In this document: piece after piece, positions 1 to 13,633 of the stretch
How positions within the stretch are numbered: the first letter of the stretch is position 1
How the letters are laid out: each line of letters opens with the position of its first letter
Source of the DNA: Octopus sinensis
Lineage: Eukaryota
DNA: 64,000 nt
Assembly (NCBI RefSeq): GCF_006345805.1
Contig: NC_043015.1
Coordinates: forward strand, 4,898,001-4,962,000
Direction of reading: 5' to 3'
Program-made: the position numbers and the translations under genes
The notes under the pieces: generated by a model
Seen by the model: only the letters and a program-made list of their open reading frames with translations
Database searches by the model: none
Told to the model about the DNA's origin: nothing

Positions 1-23
1 ATATCTATCTATCTATCTATATA

Positions 24-64
<41 letters not shown>

Positions 65-80
65 TATAATATATATATAC
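1..80. repeat. (AT)n microsatellite
   Basis: Near-pure AT dinucleotide run at the window start; dozens of similar (AT)n/(AC)n runs occur throughout. Confidence 0.95.
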
Positions 81-506
81 ATATTCGTTCGGTACGTTAC
101 TATTGGGGTTTATTTCAACGAATCTTAATCCAGAAAAAACAATAACAATATGTAAAAAAAAACATCTTCGAATTGTTATTCCAGACCATATACCCATCTA
201 CTTCAATAATAATAATAATAAAATCATCATCCTCATCATCTTCCCCATTCAGACTCTGCTGCCATGGTTTAGACGATTTCACTGAAATTGTTAAGCTGGA
301 GAGGTGCAACTGGTTCTAATCATTTTTGCCATTTTTGTATGATTGGATGCCCTCCTATCGCCAACCATTCCAAGAGTGTAATGGATGCCTTTTTATGTGC
401 CAGTTGAGTTAAACTAGCATACACACAAACACACGCACATATTTAGATACATATATACATATATATATATGTATATATAAGATTTCTCACCGTGTTTCTT
501 TTCTGT

Positions 507-548
507 GTATCTTTCTGTTGAACAGCGTAGTCTCGAAACGTAAAATAC
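507..548 (+). ncRNA. Degenerate minimal type I hammerhead ribozyme motif (Penelope-like pLTR relic)
   Basis: GTATCTTT-CTGTTGA-A-CAGC-GTAG-TCTC-GAAAC-GTA-AAATAC: hammerhead order preserved, but the core has A6>U and stem II has two mismatches; island 478-625 is flanked by (TA)n. Confidence 0.4.
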
Positions 549-639
549 TTGTTTTATTTCTATTCCTGAGCACCAGCCTTCGTCTTTTGTTTATTTTCGT
601 AAAGCTTCCCGTTATATATGCATATATATATGTATATAT

Positions 640-950
640 ATCACGGTGAAATCAGCGTGGCCATCTAGGTCATCAGATGTTGCTACACATCGCTGGTCAA
701 AATGCGCTTCCCATTGTTTTAGCCTTCAAACGACGCCACCCCGCTGGCTAAGCGAGCAGGCCAAAAGAAGAAAGAGTGAGAGAAAGTTGTGGCGAAAGAG
801 TACAGCAGGTATCACCACCACCCCGTGCGGGAGCCTCGTGGAGCTTTAGGTGTTTTCGCACAGTAAACACTTACAACACCCGGTCTGGGAATCGAAACTG
901 CGATCTAACAACTGCAAGTCCACTGTCCTAACCACTGGGCCATTGCGCCT
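640..950 (-). mobile_element. tRNA-derived SINE (family S3)
   Basis: Minus strand starts AGGCGCAATGGCCCAGTGGTTAGG (A box) ... GTTTCGATTCCCAG (B box-like), followed by a non-tRNA body. The head at 767-950 is clear; the extension to 640 is tentative. Confidence 0.7.
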
Positions 951-1228
951 TCAGTAACCAGCTACCGGTTTCAGTTTTTGATGAGAATCTTTCCCTGCTG
1001 GAGTAAGAAGGAAAATAGAATAAAGTAAATTAGTTTTTCATACCAGCACATCTGGAAATCCACATGTTTATCTAGAAACATCACATGGCACTCTAATGTT
1101 TTCCTTCTGCTTCTTGTTATTTGGAAGAATGTTAGTCGTGAAAGTGGAGCCTTTAATCACCTTGCCTATATGTGGTATTGGCTTGGAGTAGTTGACATTC
1201 TGTAACGTAGTGGTAATAGCAGTATCAT

Positions 1229-1285
1229 GTACTACTACTTCTACTACTACTACTACTACTACTACTATCACTACTACTACCACTG

Positions 1286-1321
<36 letters not shown>

Positions 1322-1340
1322 GCAGCAGCAGCAGTAGCAG
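1229..1340. repeat. (ACT)n/(AGC)n trinucleotide microsatellite
   Basis: Direct reading; explains the poly-T/S/V/L ORFs in the track. Confidence 0.95.
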
Positions 1341-1736
1341 TAGTTCTTTTGATGGTGGGGAATTGTTGTTTCCTTCCTTGTATGAGAACGGTAGCATTTG
1401 CGCTCGATGGTAGTGTTCGGTGGGACAGTATTAGTAGCAACAAACGCTTCTAGCACTCTCTGCCCTGGATATTAGTAGTGAATTTATGCTCCTATAAGTG
1501 GGTCCAGGTATAACATAGGAGTTGCCGTGGTAGTGGCTCCAATGTGGCTGGCAGTAATATGGACGGTGGTTTTGCCTCCAAGAAGAATTCTCACTTGGCC
1601 GTTATTTGGTAATTAAGGCCAATCCTTCGTCTGTTCTTTGGAGTCATGGTGTATTATTACCCAACATATAAACATATAGCGTTATGCTTTCATCCCGTAG
1701 AATGAAATAGTCATCGAGGTACATTCTCCTGTTTCC

Positions 1737-1782
<46 letters not shown>

Positions 1783-1956
1783 GGTATTTCGTGTAGCATG
1801 TTCTCTAGGTAGCCGATAATTAGTTTCGCAAAGGAAAGAATTGCTTTCCTCCTCATGTATCTGCATCTATTTATTATCAGCGAGGAACTTTCTCCATGAC
1901 AGAATACAGTCAATGAACCTCTTAAAAGTTCAAGAATTTTTTAAAATCCTTAACAA

Positions 1957-2158
1957 CAGTGGTTCCCATACTTTTCGGGATGCTGCCTCCTTAATATTCA
2001 GGTAACATTCTAGCACAACCACCCCTAACTAAACATCAGAATCATAGAACTCCTGAAGCTACAGGGATCGCTACCCCATTTTAGCCCCAGTTTTCGTCAA
2101 TGCCCCTTGGAACTTTTCACCGCCCCAAGGGAGCAATGGTGTCACTTTGGGATACGAC
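1957..2158. mobile_element. Probable hAT-type MITE
   Basis: Left end CAGTGGTTCCCATACTTTT resembles hAT/Charlie-type TIRs; right end CACTTTGGGATACGAC is a degenerate inverse. No TSD resolved. Confidence 0.4.
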
Positions 2159-2695
2159 GAAGTGACACCGGATATAGATGCAGGCGGTTAGGGATCAAAC
2201 ATCTTACAACACAGCGCCATACCTGTACCTACCTATGAATACACATTTTGGAAAGTTGTAAGTTTGTTGACTAATGTATTGTACCAAATATTATAAATAT
2301 ATCACCGCGTACTTTTGATACAGATACACAAAGCGTACGCACATAGACATAGATAAGCAATGGTTCGTGCCATCATAGTTGCTTAGAAAATATGTTACCC
2401 TAGATATGGGAATAGGAATACAACTCTAAGATAGGTCACAGCAACCTTCAAATCATAAATGAAGAGTAGCTTGCTATTTGTGTCAGAAATGGATATTTAG
2501 ATTTGCATCTGTATTATTATGACGTATGAGTTGCTAGCGGAAGTAGAATATCTCTATAAAATGTCAGTGTCATGTTGGCATTGACAAAGCCCAGCTCTGA
2601 CAAATAAGCGGACATAGTTATCATACATGAAATAACACTATTATGGTTCTCTCTACTGAGCACTTGCAATGAGGTATGAGTCGTATTATCAGTTC

Positions 2696-2731
<36 letters not shown>

Positions 2732-2912
2732 ATACGTCTGTGTATATGTGTGTGAATTTATGGATATACATAAATATATAAGTATCTAGCAATCCTCCAA
2801 TACACAATGTATGTGTGTACGTGTGTGTTCGCGCGTGTATGGGTATATACATATATATATACATGTATGTGCATGTATGTATATACCCACACACGCGTAT
2901 GCACACGTTCAG

Positions 2913-2944
<32 letters not shown>

Positions 2945-3652
2945 GTATATATATGAAATCTGATATAGAAGGGACGATATATATAGACACAGATTGATAG
3001 GTAGATAGATAGATGTATAGAGAGAGGGACAGACAGACAGATATACACACATGCATGCTCATAGATACGAAGACATAGAAGAGAAAGAAGCAGAAAAGGA
3101 AACGAATAACATGCGTATCTGGAGCATGTAAGTAGGTTTAAACGAAATTCATCGGATTTTTCAGTAGACTGACTCAAGATCCTAAATAATCTGAAAGTAG
3201 AAATTGAAGTGTGTTTCCTTTAAACAGCATTTACTCATGCAATATTGATTCTTTGCATTATTATCTTCTTTAAAATTATTTTTTTACGCCGCCAAGCTCT
3301 CTTTGCATCGGATTTAATTTTTGCTATTAATTTTATTTGCCTGTCATTCTACTTACTAGGGATCGTTTTATTTCTTTCGTTAGTTATTTGGTATTTTTTT
3401 TTTTTTTTTTTGCTTCGTCTTTCTTTCCACAATCGAGAATTATTTCGTAAAGCAGCTCTGAATGAAGTGTACGTATCTCCACTGATCTGACAGGAATCAA
3501 TATTTTTCTCTGGCGTTTGCAGATAAAGAAATGGTCTAAAAAGCCAAGATCCAAAATAATTCAAGTAACTTAAAAGAAAGTAAAAATATCGTTTCCTATA
3601 TATATATACAGAGAGAGAGAGAAGAGAGCAAGAGAAGAGAGTGACAGGCGCG

Positions 3653-3737
<85 letters not shown>

Positions 3738-4647
3738 TTACATTTATATATATATATGTATGTAATATGTATTATGTATATATGTATATGTGTATATATG
3801 TATATATATATGTATATATATATATAATATATATAATATATACCTATATCTGTATATATATGCGTATAATTTGATATACATATAGATGCATATATATATA
3901 TGTATATATACATTGATGATAATGATGATAATGATAATGATGATGATGATTATGATGATGAGGATGAAAATAGAGTACAAATAAAACTCAAGAAAATAGG
4001 AATTATACTAATGACAATAAACAGGAAATAAAAGAGATGCCACGCAAAAAGATATGTAAATAATAATAATAATGAATAATAATAATAATAATAATAATAT
4101 AATAATAATAGTAATGCTGTTCAAGATGATGAGCAGATCAAAAAGTGGATGATGATAATAATCATGTTGGTGATGATGTTGCGAAGGATATGAGTGATGT
4201 GATAGTGAAGGATACTCTAACGATGATGATTATGTTGATGGTTTCGCGGTGATGGTAGTGCTAAGAATTAAAAGAGGCACAAAGGCAAATAAAAGAAATA
4301 TTATAAAGAAATCATGAGTAATATTTTGAAGAGGATCAACAAGAAGAGCAAAACAGAAAACAGAAAAAAAAATGTCTTATAATATTGATGTGAATACAGA
4401 GAAGAATGCAAAAAGAAGGCAAATAAAAAAGAAAAATCACAGAAGTTTATGAGGAATATGAAGGACTAGTATCTGAGAATGCGAAAGAAGACGAAGATGA
4501 AAATAAAGCACAAGAGACAGTAATATCAGTCGAAATTATTGATAGAAATTTATATTAATAATGTGATCAAAAGTCCTGCTATGCGGGCATGGTATACTAA
4601 GCGTACGCAAAGTCACAGTCATATATATATACATATACATACATACA

Positions 4648-4704
<57 letters not shown>

Positions 4705-5479
4705 CATACATAATCTTTTATTTTGAAAGCATCGATTGCTTTTTATCGGTCAAATACCATGCCTTTTAGAGACAGATTGGGTCAAGGAAGAGTTCAGGTC
4801 ATGCATCAGATAAGATCAGTAAGCAATATTTTTTCTTTGCTGCATAAAATATTTTTGATCAATAGCTTCATTTGCTGTAGCATTCCAACGTATCAATCAC
4901 TGGTTCACTGCCATTTCCGATAGCGATAGTGACAAATAAACTCACAAAAGTTATTTGTTAGTCGGAATGCACCGGTTCCTGAAAATTTTAACCGAAGTGT
5001 ACATATTTCTGCTGAAATTTTTCATTTAGATATTGCGTAACCTATGTCCATCTTTTGATTCAGATTATATCCTGAATGAAATCAGGCATTTAGCGTTGAT
5101 CTATTAATTCTACTGTATACTGCAGTTTAACATTTAATTTATGAATGCCTATTCATCGAAGGTCTGAGTTGCGTTTGCACAGAAGAAATCAACGCTGGAT
5201 TCCAAATGCAAGTGTCATACACTGGGTGTTGCTGGGATGTATGTAGCATTGTGTGTTCTTTTCTGCCGTTGGGAATGTGCTAACCCCTCCCGGTGCTGTA
5301 TTATGGTAGCTTTTTTCCTTGAAGTATGGTGCTGTAGTTTGTGGTGTTACTGCTTGTATCGTATGTTCGGTACCTAATGCTTTAGTTTTCTAGCTTACTG
5401 GTGGTGATTTACTTCACTGGATAAATGCTGTATAGTGTATCTTGTAAGTGTGTGTTGTTTTGTTTCTGTTGAATAATTG

Positions 5480-6230
5480 GGTTGATAGTGTCTTGCGTAG
5501 GATGTAGACAGGTTCTAGCAGGGCTATTATTTAATAGTGCGTAGTGTTGAGGATCCAAGTATAGCTTCTACAATTTTGTTCATGTCACTTTTCACCATTC
5601 CCAATGGTATTTTTTTTTATCTTCATGCCCCACATTTTGAATACCTCAATTTCGAGATCTTTGTACTTCGGCAATTCCTCCATTTCCTTTTTCCCAATAT
5701 TTTGATCAGAAACGACAGCAATGTCTGTCCGTATATAAGTGGGTTATTTTTACCGCAATCATTTACTTCTATGTCTGGGTGATTAGCTTTTATTTCTTTA
5801 GTCGGTTTGAACCGGCATATCCCAAATGAGTGTGGCTCTTTCGTTGTCTTCTACATTGAGCGGGTCATGCTTAAACCATCTGCTGTCAGTTTTGATGTTG
5901 TAATATTGACAGATTCTCCACTGGATATTAGTTCTTACTTTGTCGTAACTTTATATATATTCAGACTTGGCAAGGACGATGATGTCTCATGGCGCTAGTT
6001 GAACATTTTGCATTTGGTGTCGAAGCCTGTTTTCATTATATTCTTTTTATACTTCGTCTGTAGTCAGGCATTGTACAGTGCAGCGAAAAGCAGTGCTTCC
6101 GTTTCGGCTTTTAATGCACAACATTTCAGACATTATTGATTTTAATTTGGCTCATTTCCTATCAGTCAAGCCTTGCAGGGTACTGGCCATGGCGGGATTT
6201 TAGTCTCAATTTCTTCTTCAGTATCTTTTG
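5480..6230 (-). mobile_element. R4/Dong-like (RLE) non-LTR retrotransposon 3' relic
   Basis: Frameshifted translation gives RHGQYPARL, KAETEALLFAA, HWRICQYYNIKTDSRWFKHDP, TLIWDMP, KANHPDIEV, KYKDLEIEVFKMWGMK, ILRKTLS: the zinc-knuckle/RLE C-terminus of R4-clade elements. Confidence 0.75.
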
Positions 6231-6234
6231 AAAT

Positions 6235-6565
6235 TCTGTTTGCATCAAGCAGGACAAGTAACGACGCTTATTCGATAGTGGATGACTTATGCGATGTACG
6301 CATACTCTACCACAGCCTGAACAATCAAAGATATATTTCTCTTAGTCTCTTTCTGTGTGAGAGTGACCACTCCGCTCGTACCATTCTTCATCCTTACTTG
6401 TCCACCTAGATGTCCGGACCAAAGCAGACACTAAGCAATTTAAGCGGTCCTTTCGCTCACGTTAGTCCCGATTACGGTGATGTTGTCCGCATTATCTGGC
6501 GCCATTCATCCATATCCTAGTTCACGGCGGATACACGTCGAAAGATCCAGCTTTCGTAACAAAAC
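6235..6565 (-). mobile_element. Tx1/L1-like LINE RT fragment (old copy)
   Basis: Translations LLRKLD...ELGYG*MAPDNADNITVIG (decayed YADD), GPLKLLSVCFGPDI, RNISLIVQAVVEYAYIA*VIHYR; aligns by eye at DNA level with the copy at 19780-20010. Confidence 0.7.
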
Positions 6566-7048
6566 AGTACCCTAGCATACCACAACAACATGAGAGTGAA
6601 ATTAAAATAGTTCTAAAATCTAATAAATTTAAATAATATTTGGCGATTGTGACATATCTCATATCATATGTATATTAAGGAAAGTTAGAAAATCGATTCA
6701 AAGAAACGCAAATGGCCTTTTGACACATAGTGCGAATGCACGACTATAGCATCTCGAATCAGCAACGCCTACAACGTATGTATCTGACTAGCTAACATAT
6801 TATAAATATAAAATGTTAGCGGTTTTCATGAACTTTTCGTCGAGAAATTTCGGAAGAATACTCGAACCTGTAATGTTCGAAACGCCAGGTAATATTATTA
6901 ACGATCAAGGTATACAGCAATTTTTTTCTAACTTGCATTATATTATCTTTTAAAATAAATTTGAAACACCACACAAACCAACCCACGCACGCAAATACTA
7001 CACACTACCTACTTATATTCATATAATATATATATTAATATATATATA

Positions 7049-7090
<42 letters not shown>

Positions 7091-7120
7091 TATATATATC
7101 TATATATATATATATGTGTG

Positions 7121-7220
7121 NNNNNNNNNNNNNNNNNNNNNNNNNNNNNNNNNNNNNNNNNNNNNNNNNNNNNNNNNNNNNNNNNNNNNNNNNNNNNNNN
7201 NNNNNNNNNNNNNNNNNNNN
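7121..7220. other. Assembly gap (100 N)
   Basis: 100 consecutive N, directly after an (AT)n run. Confidence 1.
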
Positions 7221-8770
7221 TTATAGGGATAACCTTTAAAGAAAATATCCTCGTTCAATCATTCTCCGAAACTCTATGGACAGCTGAGAGCTATAAACAA
7301 CAAGGCTATTATTGGCATATGCATAACAGTGAAACGGTTTGTTCGGCGCTTATATAAGTCACTCTTTTAGCTTCGATGAATATATGCTTCTATTTACAAT
7401 GTATTCAAATTTTTCTGCCCGATCACAAAAATACCACCATAAATATCGTGATGATTATTCATAGATGCTGTGGAAACATGAGCAATAAAAGAAGCGACCT
7501 TTCAAAACAAAGGAAAAGCTTCGAAGTACACAGCACCGACGGTTAGTGTTACGTTATTAATCGGTACTGATTCCTGCATACAAAAGCTGTTTGAAGAATC
7601 AGTAAATGAAGTGAGCATAACTTTGCGTGAAGTGTGACCAGAAGCTACAAATACAATCCAATCAACAAACAGATTTGCAAAATAAATACATCACTACTGA
7701 ACGAAAGGCATCAACATCACAACATCGCCAATCCTACAAACACAGAAACAAATGGAACGTTCAGCTGGGAAAATATTTTAACAATAGTTTTGTTTAAATT
7801 ATGGTTTACGGGATAGCAGAAATAAAACACGCTATATACGCCATTGCCAACCTTATATATTCCTTTGTCATTTCTATCGACACCAACTTCACTACGATTA
7901 CGGTCAGCATAAACAATTCCAATCCTGGCAATATTACTCCTCAAATACCACCTCTGCATTTACATTAACAAATACAGTCCTCACTTAATAACATACCATT
8001 AAAAGTTAACAATACTATCATCTACAGAAAACCATACTACCATAATAACAATAACAACAAACCAAACACTAGCAAAACTAGACACACAAACAACAATATA
8101 TAACTTGCTAAGACGGAGAACGTGACCAATATAATTTCTTTAGCATGAATGTGGGCCACACGCTTAGTAGCAACAACAGACCACAAAGGAAAAAAAAAGG
8201 AAGAAGAAATATACCAATAGCAAATACATCAATATGTCTGCCACTATCTTCTCTACCAAGGGGACAGCAGACTGAACAGCGCCATCATTGTAGGATATGC
8301 TTTATGAAATTAAAATTGACAAAAGTAACATAGAAGTAGAATACAATAAAACAGTAACATTCCCCAAACCTACAGAACCAGCAGCGTTTTAATATTTGGC
8401 CAATGTTTGTACGATAATCAATAAAGTCAATGGCTGCAAAATTTATAACATAACGCACGTTACGCACATACATATATAATTGCACTGGCAGGCATACATC
8501 TATATATCTGTGTGTGGGTGTGTGTATGTGTGTGTATGCATGTGTTTGTATGTGTTTCTACGTGCGTGTGACTGCGTCTGCGTATGTATGTGTATATATA
8601 TATATATGTATATGTGTGTGTATGTATATATAAACATACAGACATATGTGTATACATACATATGAATGTATATATATTATATATATATATATATTACATA
8701 CATACCTACATATACATACATATTATATATATATATGTATAATATATATATATATATATATGTAAACTCA

Positions 8771-8806
<36 letters not shown>

Positions 8807-8988
8807 CATTGATATGCATACATATATATGTATATACATATGTATGTATTAATATATATATATATATATACACATATGTTACATGTATATGTATATATAT
8901 ATATATAGATATATATATATATATAAATATATATATGTTGTGTGTGGGTGTGCGTGTGTGTGTATAGACACACAAAAACACACCACAC

Positions 8989-9030
<42 letters not shown>

Positions 9031-9227
9031 GCCCATGCATATGCATCGTATGCCTAATAAAAATTTAAGACTACACGGAAAGGCACATAGGCGTACACGC
9101 ACTCACTCGCATATATTGAAGAATATTCATATGCAAAAACGTGAATATGTTAAGATATACTTGCATACATGTATCCATACACATATTTGGATATCGCTGC
9201 ACATACACATACGAATATGCATTTCCT

Positions 9228-9395
9228 GGTAGAATTATTAGCACCCTAGATGAAATGCTTAGCGGTATTTCGCCCGTCGATACGTTCTGGGTTCAAATAC
9301 CGCCGAGGTTGATTTTGCCGTTCATCATTTCGGAGTCGATAAATTAATTACCAATGAACCAATTTCAGGCCATGTGGCTATGATTGAAACGATTG
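9228..9395 (+). mobile_element. tRNA-derived SINE (family S1), first of a head-to-tail trimer
   Basis: TTAGCACCCTAGATGAAATGCTTAGCGGTATTTCG...GGGTTCAAATACCGCCGAGG; same body as the other S1 copies in the window. Confidence 0.8.
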
Positions 9396-9401
9396 TTGTC
9401 G

Positions 9402-9433
<32 letters not shown>

Positions 9434-9600
9434 CTTCTTCTTCTTCTTCTTCTTCTTCTTCTTCTTCTTCTTCTTCTTCTTCTTCTTCTTCTTCTTCTTT
9501 TTTCTTCTTCTTTCTTCTTCTTCTTCTTCTTCTTCTTCTTCTTCTTCTCCTCCTCCTTCATCTTCTTCTTATTGTTATTATTATTTTATTATTATTATTA
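9394..9600. repeat. Compound (GTT)n(CTT)n(ATT)n microsatellite forming a SINE tail
   Basis: Direct reading. Confidence 0.95.
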
Positions 9601-9827
9601 AGGCGGGGAGATGACAGAAATGTTAGCACGCCGGATAAAATGCTTAGTGACATTTCGTCCGTCTTTACGATGTGAGTTCCATTTGAGTTCCGCCAAGTTC
9701 CACTTTGTTTTCCATCACTTCTTGATGTCTAAATTATGTAGTTGTTGGACACTGAGTTCGATGTAATCGTCTAGTCACTTCCCACAAAATTTCAGGCCTT
9801 CTGCATTTAGGAGAAAGGATTATTATT
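9601..9827 (+). mobile_element. SINE S1, second of trimer
   Basis: AGGCGGGGAGATGACAGAAATGTTAGCACGCCGG head; tail ...TTTCAGGCCTT...AAAGGATTATTATT. Confidence 0.85.
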
Positions 9828-9831
9828 TGAA

Positions 9832-10045
9832 TCGGTGAGCTGGCGATATCGTTAGCACGCCGAGCGAAATACTTAGCGGCATTTAGTTTCTCGTCACGGT
9901 CTAAGTTCCAATTCCGCTGATGACGACTTTGCCATTGATCTTATCAGTGTTCGATAAAATAGGTACCATTTGAGACCTGGCGTCAATGCGATCGATCTTC
10001 CCCATCAGCGAAATTGCTGGCCTTGTGCTAAAATTTGAAATCGTT
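9832..10045 (+). mobile_element. SINE S1, third of trimer
   Basis: CGGTGAGCTGGCGATATCGTTAGCACGCCG head; tail GCTGGCCTTGTGCTAAAATTTGAAA. Confidence 0.85.
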
Positions 10046-10339
10046 GTTATTTTTATTATTTGAAAATAGTTTTATTCAGCCACATGTGGATTAATGTTTC
10101 CCAGGCATTTCCTGAAACATTGCTCGTTCGGGATAGAATTACTTGCTTCTCCATTCATCCGTATACATACATTCCCACATACACACACGTACATGCTTAG
10201 ATACATATGTATATATACATACATACATACAGGCGTCCACACACACGCACACTCATATATACATATATATAGGAGATAGATAGATAAATAGAGAGAGAGA
10301 GAGAAAAGGATATAGATTGATATATGAGAGTTAGATAGC

Positions 10340-10378
<39 letters not shown>

Positions 10379-10751
10379 TGGTACAGAGATATTTGCATAT
10401 TTATGAAGCCGAAGGCAAATGCAAGTTTGATAATCAGCCTCACTGATTTTTAACTAACGAAATGAGTGACTCTCTCAAACGAGCTATTTTACATCAACAG
10501 TTATCAATTTGGGAAGGCTCTGATCAATTAATATGAATCTAAAGCATACTATGGGGTTGCATATTCTTGCCAAAACAGTACAGCTTGGTACGGCTACATT
10601 TTCTGAAGAGGATAAGCGACAAGTCTTCAACAAATTTTGTGATGTTGTTCAACATACCAGCAAAAAATGAATAGCATTTCGTATACATTATACTGTCTTT
10701 AAGGATTTCTCATTCCCCTCAAAATCCGTTTTGTTTTATGATGTGTGTGGA

Positions 10752-10803
<52 letters not shown>

Positions 10804-11906
10804 TGTTTCTGTGTCTGTGTGTTGCTTAGACAGAATTATTTCTGGAAAACTGCTGGCTAAAGTCTTTCATGTTTCCCATACGAAGTTGATATTATCACCG
10901 TGGTGTCAAAAAACATACGGATATGTGTTGGTCAGCAGCAATACTGTGGAATAGTAGGAGTTAACGAAAGAACTGTGCATGTCGGAAAATGTCATTGCTA
11001 GCGTCAGGAAAGCAAGGATAACTTCGACTGTAATTGGTTATTTCATTTACCCTCTAACTATAAGTAAAATCCCTATACGTTGTATGAGAAAATTTAGCAA
11101 CAAGGAATTTACACAGGGATTATTTCATTACGTCAAAATTCATGAGTTCCTGGAAGGCTACACCCGCAAATAAAAGTAAATTGAAAACGGGTTTTATTTG
11201 TCAGTAACTGGCGGTAGAACCTAGAAAATTGTAAGCTTTTGCTTTTTGTGGAAAATCAGTGATCATTTGGAAAATACCACGAATTATCGAAAGAGCTTGC
11301 AGGTCCTATGTGCAATATTAGTTTTCGCTTTCTAAATATTTTTCTATCCTATTTACGATATGTTGTTTTTATTATTCAGAGGTTTTCAGTTTTATGCCTG
11401 ACCTACCACGTGATATTTCCTTACCATGCAGTTCTTTAATCGTCATTTTCTTTTCTATCCTCACAAGCTCTTCTCTATTATGTGTCCTAGAGAGCACAGG
11501 CACAAGAATCACTCCGATAATAAAAGTTTAAGAGTTTAAAAGAAAGAAGAACATTCTTAGTGATTCATACTCACTGTTTTTTCTTCGTGGATTACTAACA
11601 AAAAACAATAATTGGAAAATGTGAAATAATGAAGAAGTTAGGGTGAGAAGGAGGAAAATTATAATACTGAAAACGTGTTTTCGGTGAAAACCTATTCACC
11701 TGTATTTAAAACATAGGGGTCGGAGGAAATTTATGAAGCATATAAGATAAGGACACAATAGTGACATCGAACATGCTTAAAACCACAAGTAAAGGACGGG
11801 ATTTCAGGTGAAACGTCCTTTTAAGCTTATATGGAAAATCAGGTTTTAAATACGCTCATCACAAACATAATTTACAGATTAGAAAAATTAAGTTTTGAAA
11901 TCTGTT

Positions 11907-11958
<52 letters not shown>

Positions 11959-13214
11959 TGAGAGAAAGAGAGAGCGTGTGCGTGCGTGTAAGAGAGAGAG
12001 AGGACGTGTGTGTGTGTGCATATGTGTTTGTGTGTGCGTATGTGAGTGTTCCTGTGTGTGCCAAAGGAGGTTATTTTATGGTGTTATTCCGTTTGAGCCA
12101 CAAAGTTGTCAACTCGATCATATGGGCGATCATATGAGTCTACGTTGATTTCCGTAAAAAATGTATTTGTTTATTTGAGAAGAGCAGTAATTGAAAGAGA
12201 AGGGAAAGTGAAATGGAGACAATTGCTTTGAAGTCAAAGAAGAAATTGAAAGGGAGGAGAATAGAAAGATTTACGTACGGGTATACAAAACGGACGCGTG
12301 TCAGCGTGTGCTTGTCTCCGTGTCCGTGAGAGAGAAAGAGGGAAAATCAGTGAGTAAATGAATGTTTATGTTGTCATGTATGTGTAAGAGACACTCACTC
12401 GCTCCTCGTCTCTCTTTCTCTCTCTGTCTCTCTCACACATACACATTATCTTTCATATACACGTATACATCATGTTTTATGTATTTGTGCGTGAGAGTGA
12501 GAGAGAGTGAATGACTGTTTTCCCTCATAACAAAGACATGGATGTCTTGTAATATAATTTCTTTGATTTTTACTTATTTTAATACAATATTTATGTGTAC
12601 AATTTAATAAATGCTTGTCTTAGCAGAAATCTACGTATGCGTGAAACTTCGGACGAAAGGGAATATTTAGACACTAATCGAAAAATTACCCGAAAATGAC
12701 CTTAAACTTGTTAGACCTGACCTCGTTACAGAGGTTAATTTACTAGTAAAAGAGAATTTCTGTGCCACACACAGTTGGTTTGGTAGCCTTTGCATATAGA
12801 GCGAGAGACAGAGGATAATCAGCTTTCTTTATTATAATACGGATGTGACAAATTCGGGGAAAAATTAATTTTATTATCCACACACATTCACTCATGCAAC
12901 GCTTCGTGATGTTCGTTCAAATTACATGTGCGAAACTAATTTTCGCTTTCTAGTGAAACATGGTCGTTGAAGAGCAGTGTTTCTCAAATAGCTACGTATG
13001 GTTGTTGAGATAACGAAGGAAATATGTAAATGAGAATAAAGATATTTGGTAGCCGAGAGATTGCTGAATCTTTTGATATTCCAGACGGGTTTGCTGAATG
13101 TTTCGACACCCCATGCCGATTTTCGAAGTCGAAAGTGACATACACACACAAACACATACAGGCACACTAAAAATCTCTGTATATAGAGTTATATATAAAG
13201 AGCAATCCTTAATG

Positions 13215-13410
13215 ATCCTGAGATTGCATAGAGAAAGTTACCCTCTGGAGCACATGATCGGGTAAGGCATACAAGCCCCACTCTTCAAGCCACAGGCATT
13301 ATCTAAGGGACACGTGAAGACAAGTGTCTTCCTGAAGAACACAACACACAGCTCGGTCCGGAAATCAAACTCAGTACTTCATAATTGTGAGCCCGACGAT
13401 TTTACCATAA
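13215..13410 (-). mobile_element. Degenerate tRNA-head SINE with CORE-like segment (family S4)
   Basis: Minus strand TGGTAAAATCGTCGGGCTC...GAGTTTGATTTCCGGACCG...TTCAGGAAGACACTT resembles a tRNA head plus a CORE-type GCAAGACACT motif. Confidence 0.45.
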
Positions 13411-13414
13411 CCCA

Positions 13415-13469
<55 letters not shown>

Positions 13470-13584
13470 ATACATATATATGTATATTTATGCATATATA
13501 TACAGATGTATGTATATATATATATATACATACACACACATATATATATATATATATGTATGTAAACATATACATACAAATATA

Positions 13585-13633
<49 letters not shown>

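Noticed and set aside
240-410. GGATGCCCTCCTATCGCCAACC motif reminiscent of RTE-type SINE tails
   Set aside because: Single degenerate copy; cannot be supported from this window alone.
767-950. Possible tRNA gene
   Set aside because: The A/B-box head continues into a SINE body and no full cloverleaf with a closing acceptor stem is present; the same applies to all other tRNA-like heads here.
7600-8400. A/C-rich stretch faintly resembling a LINE RT C-terminus
   Set aside because: No diagnostic motif could be recovered by eye; too decayed to call.
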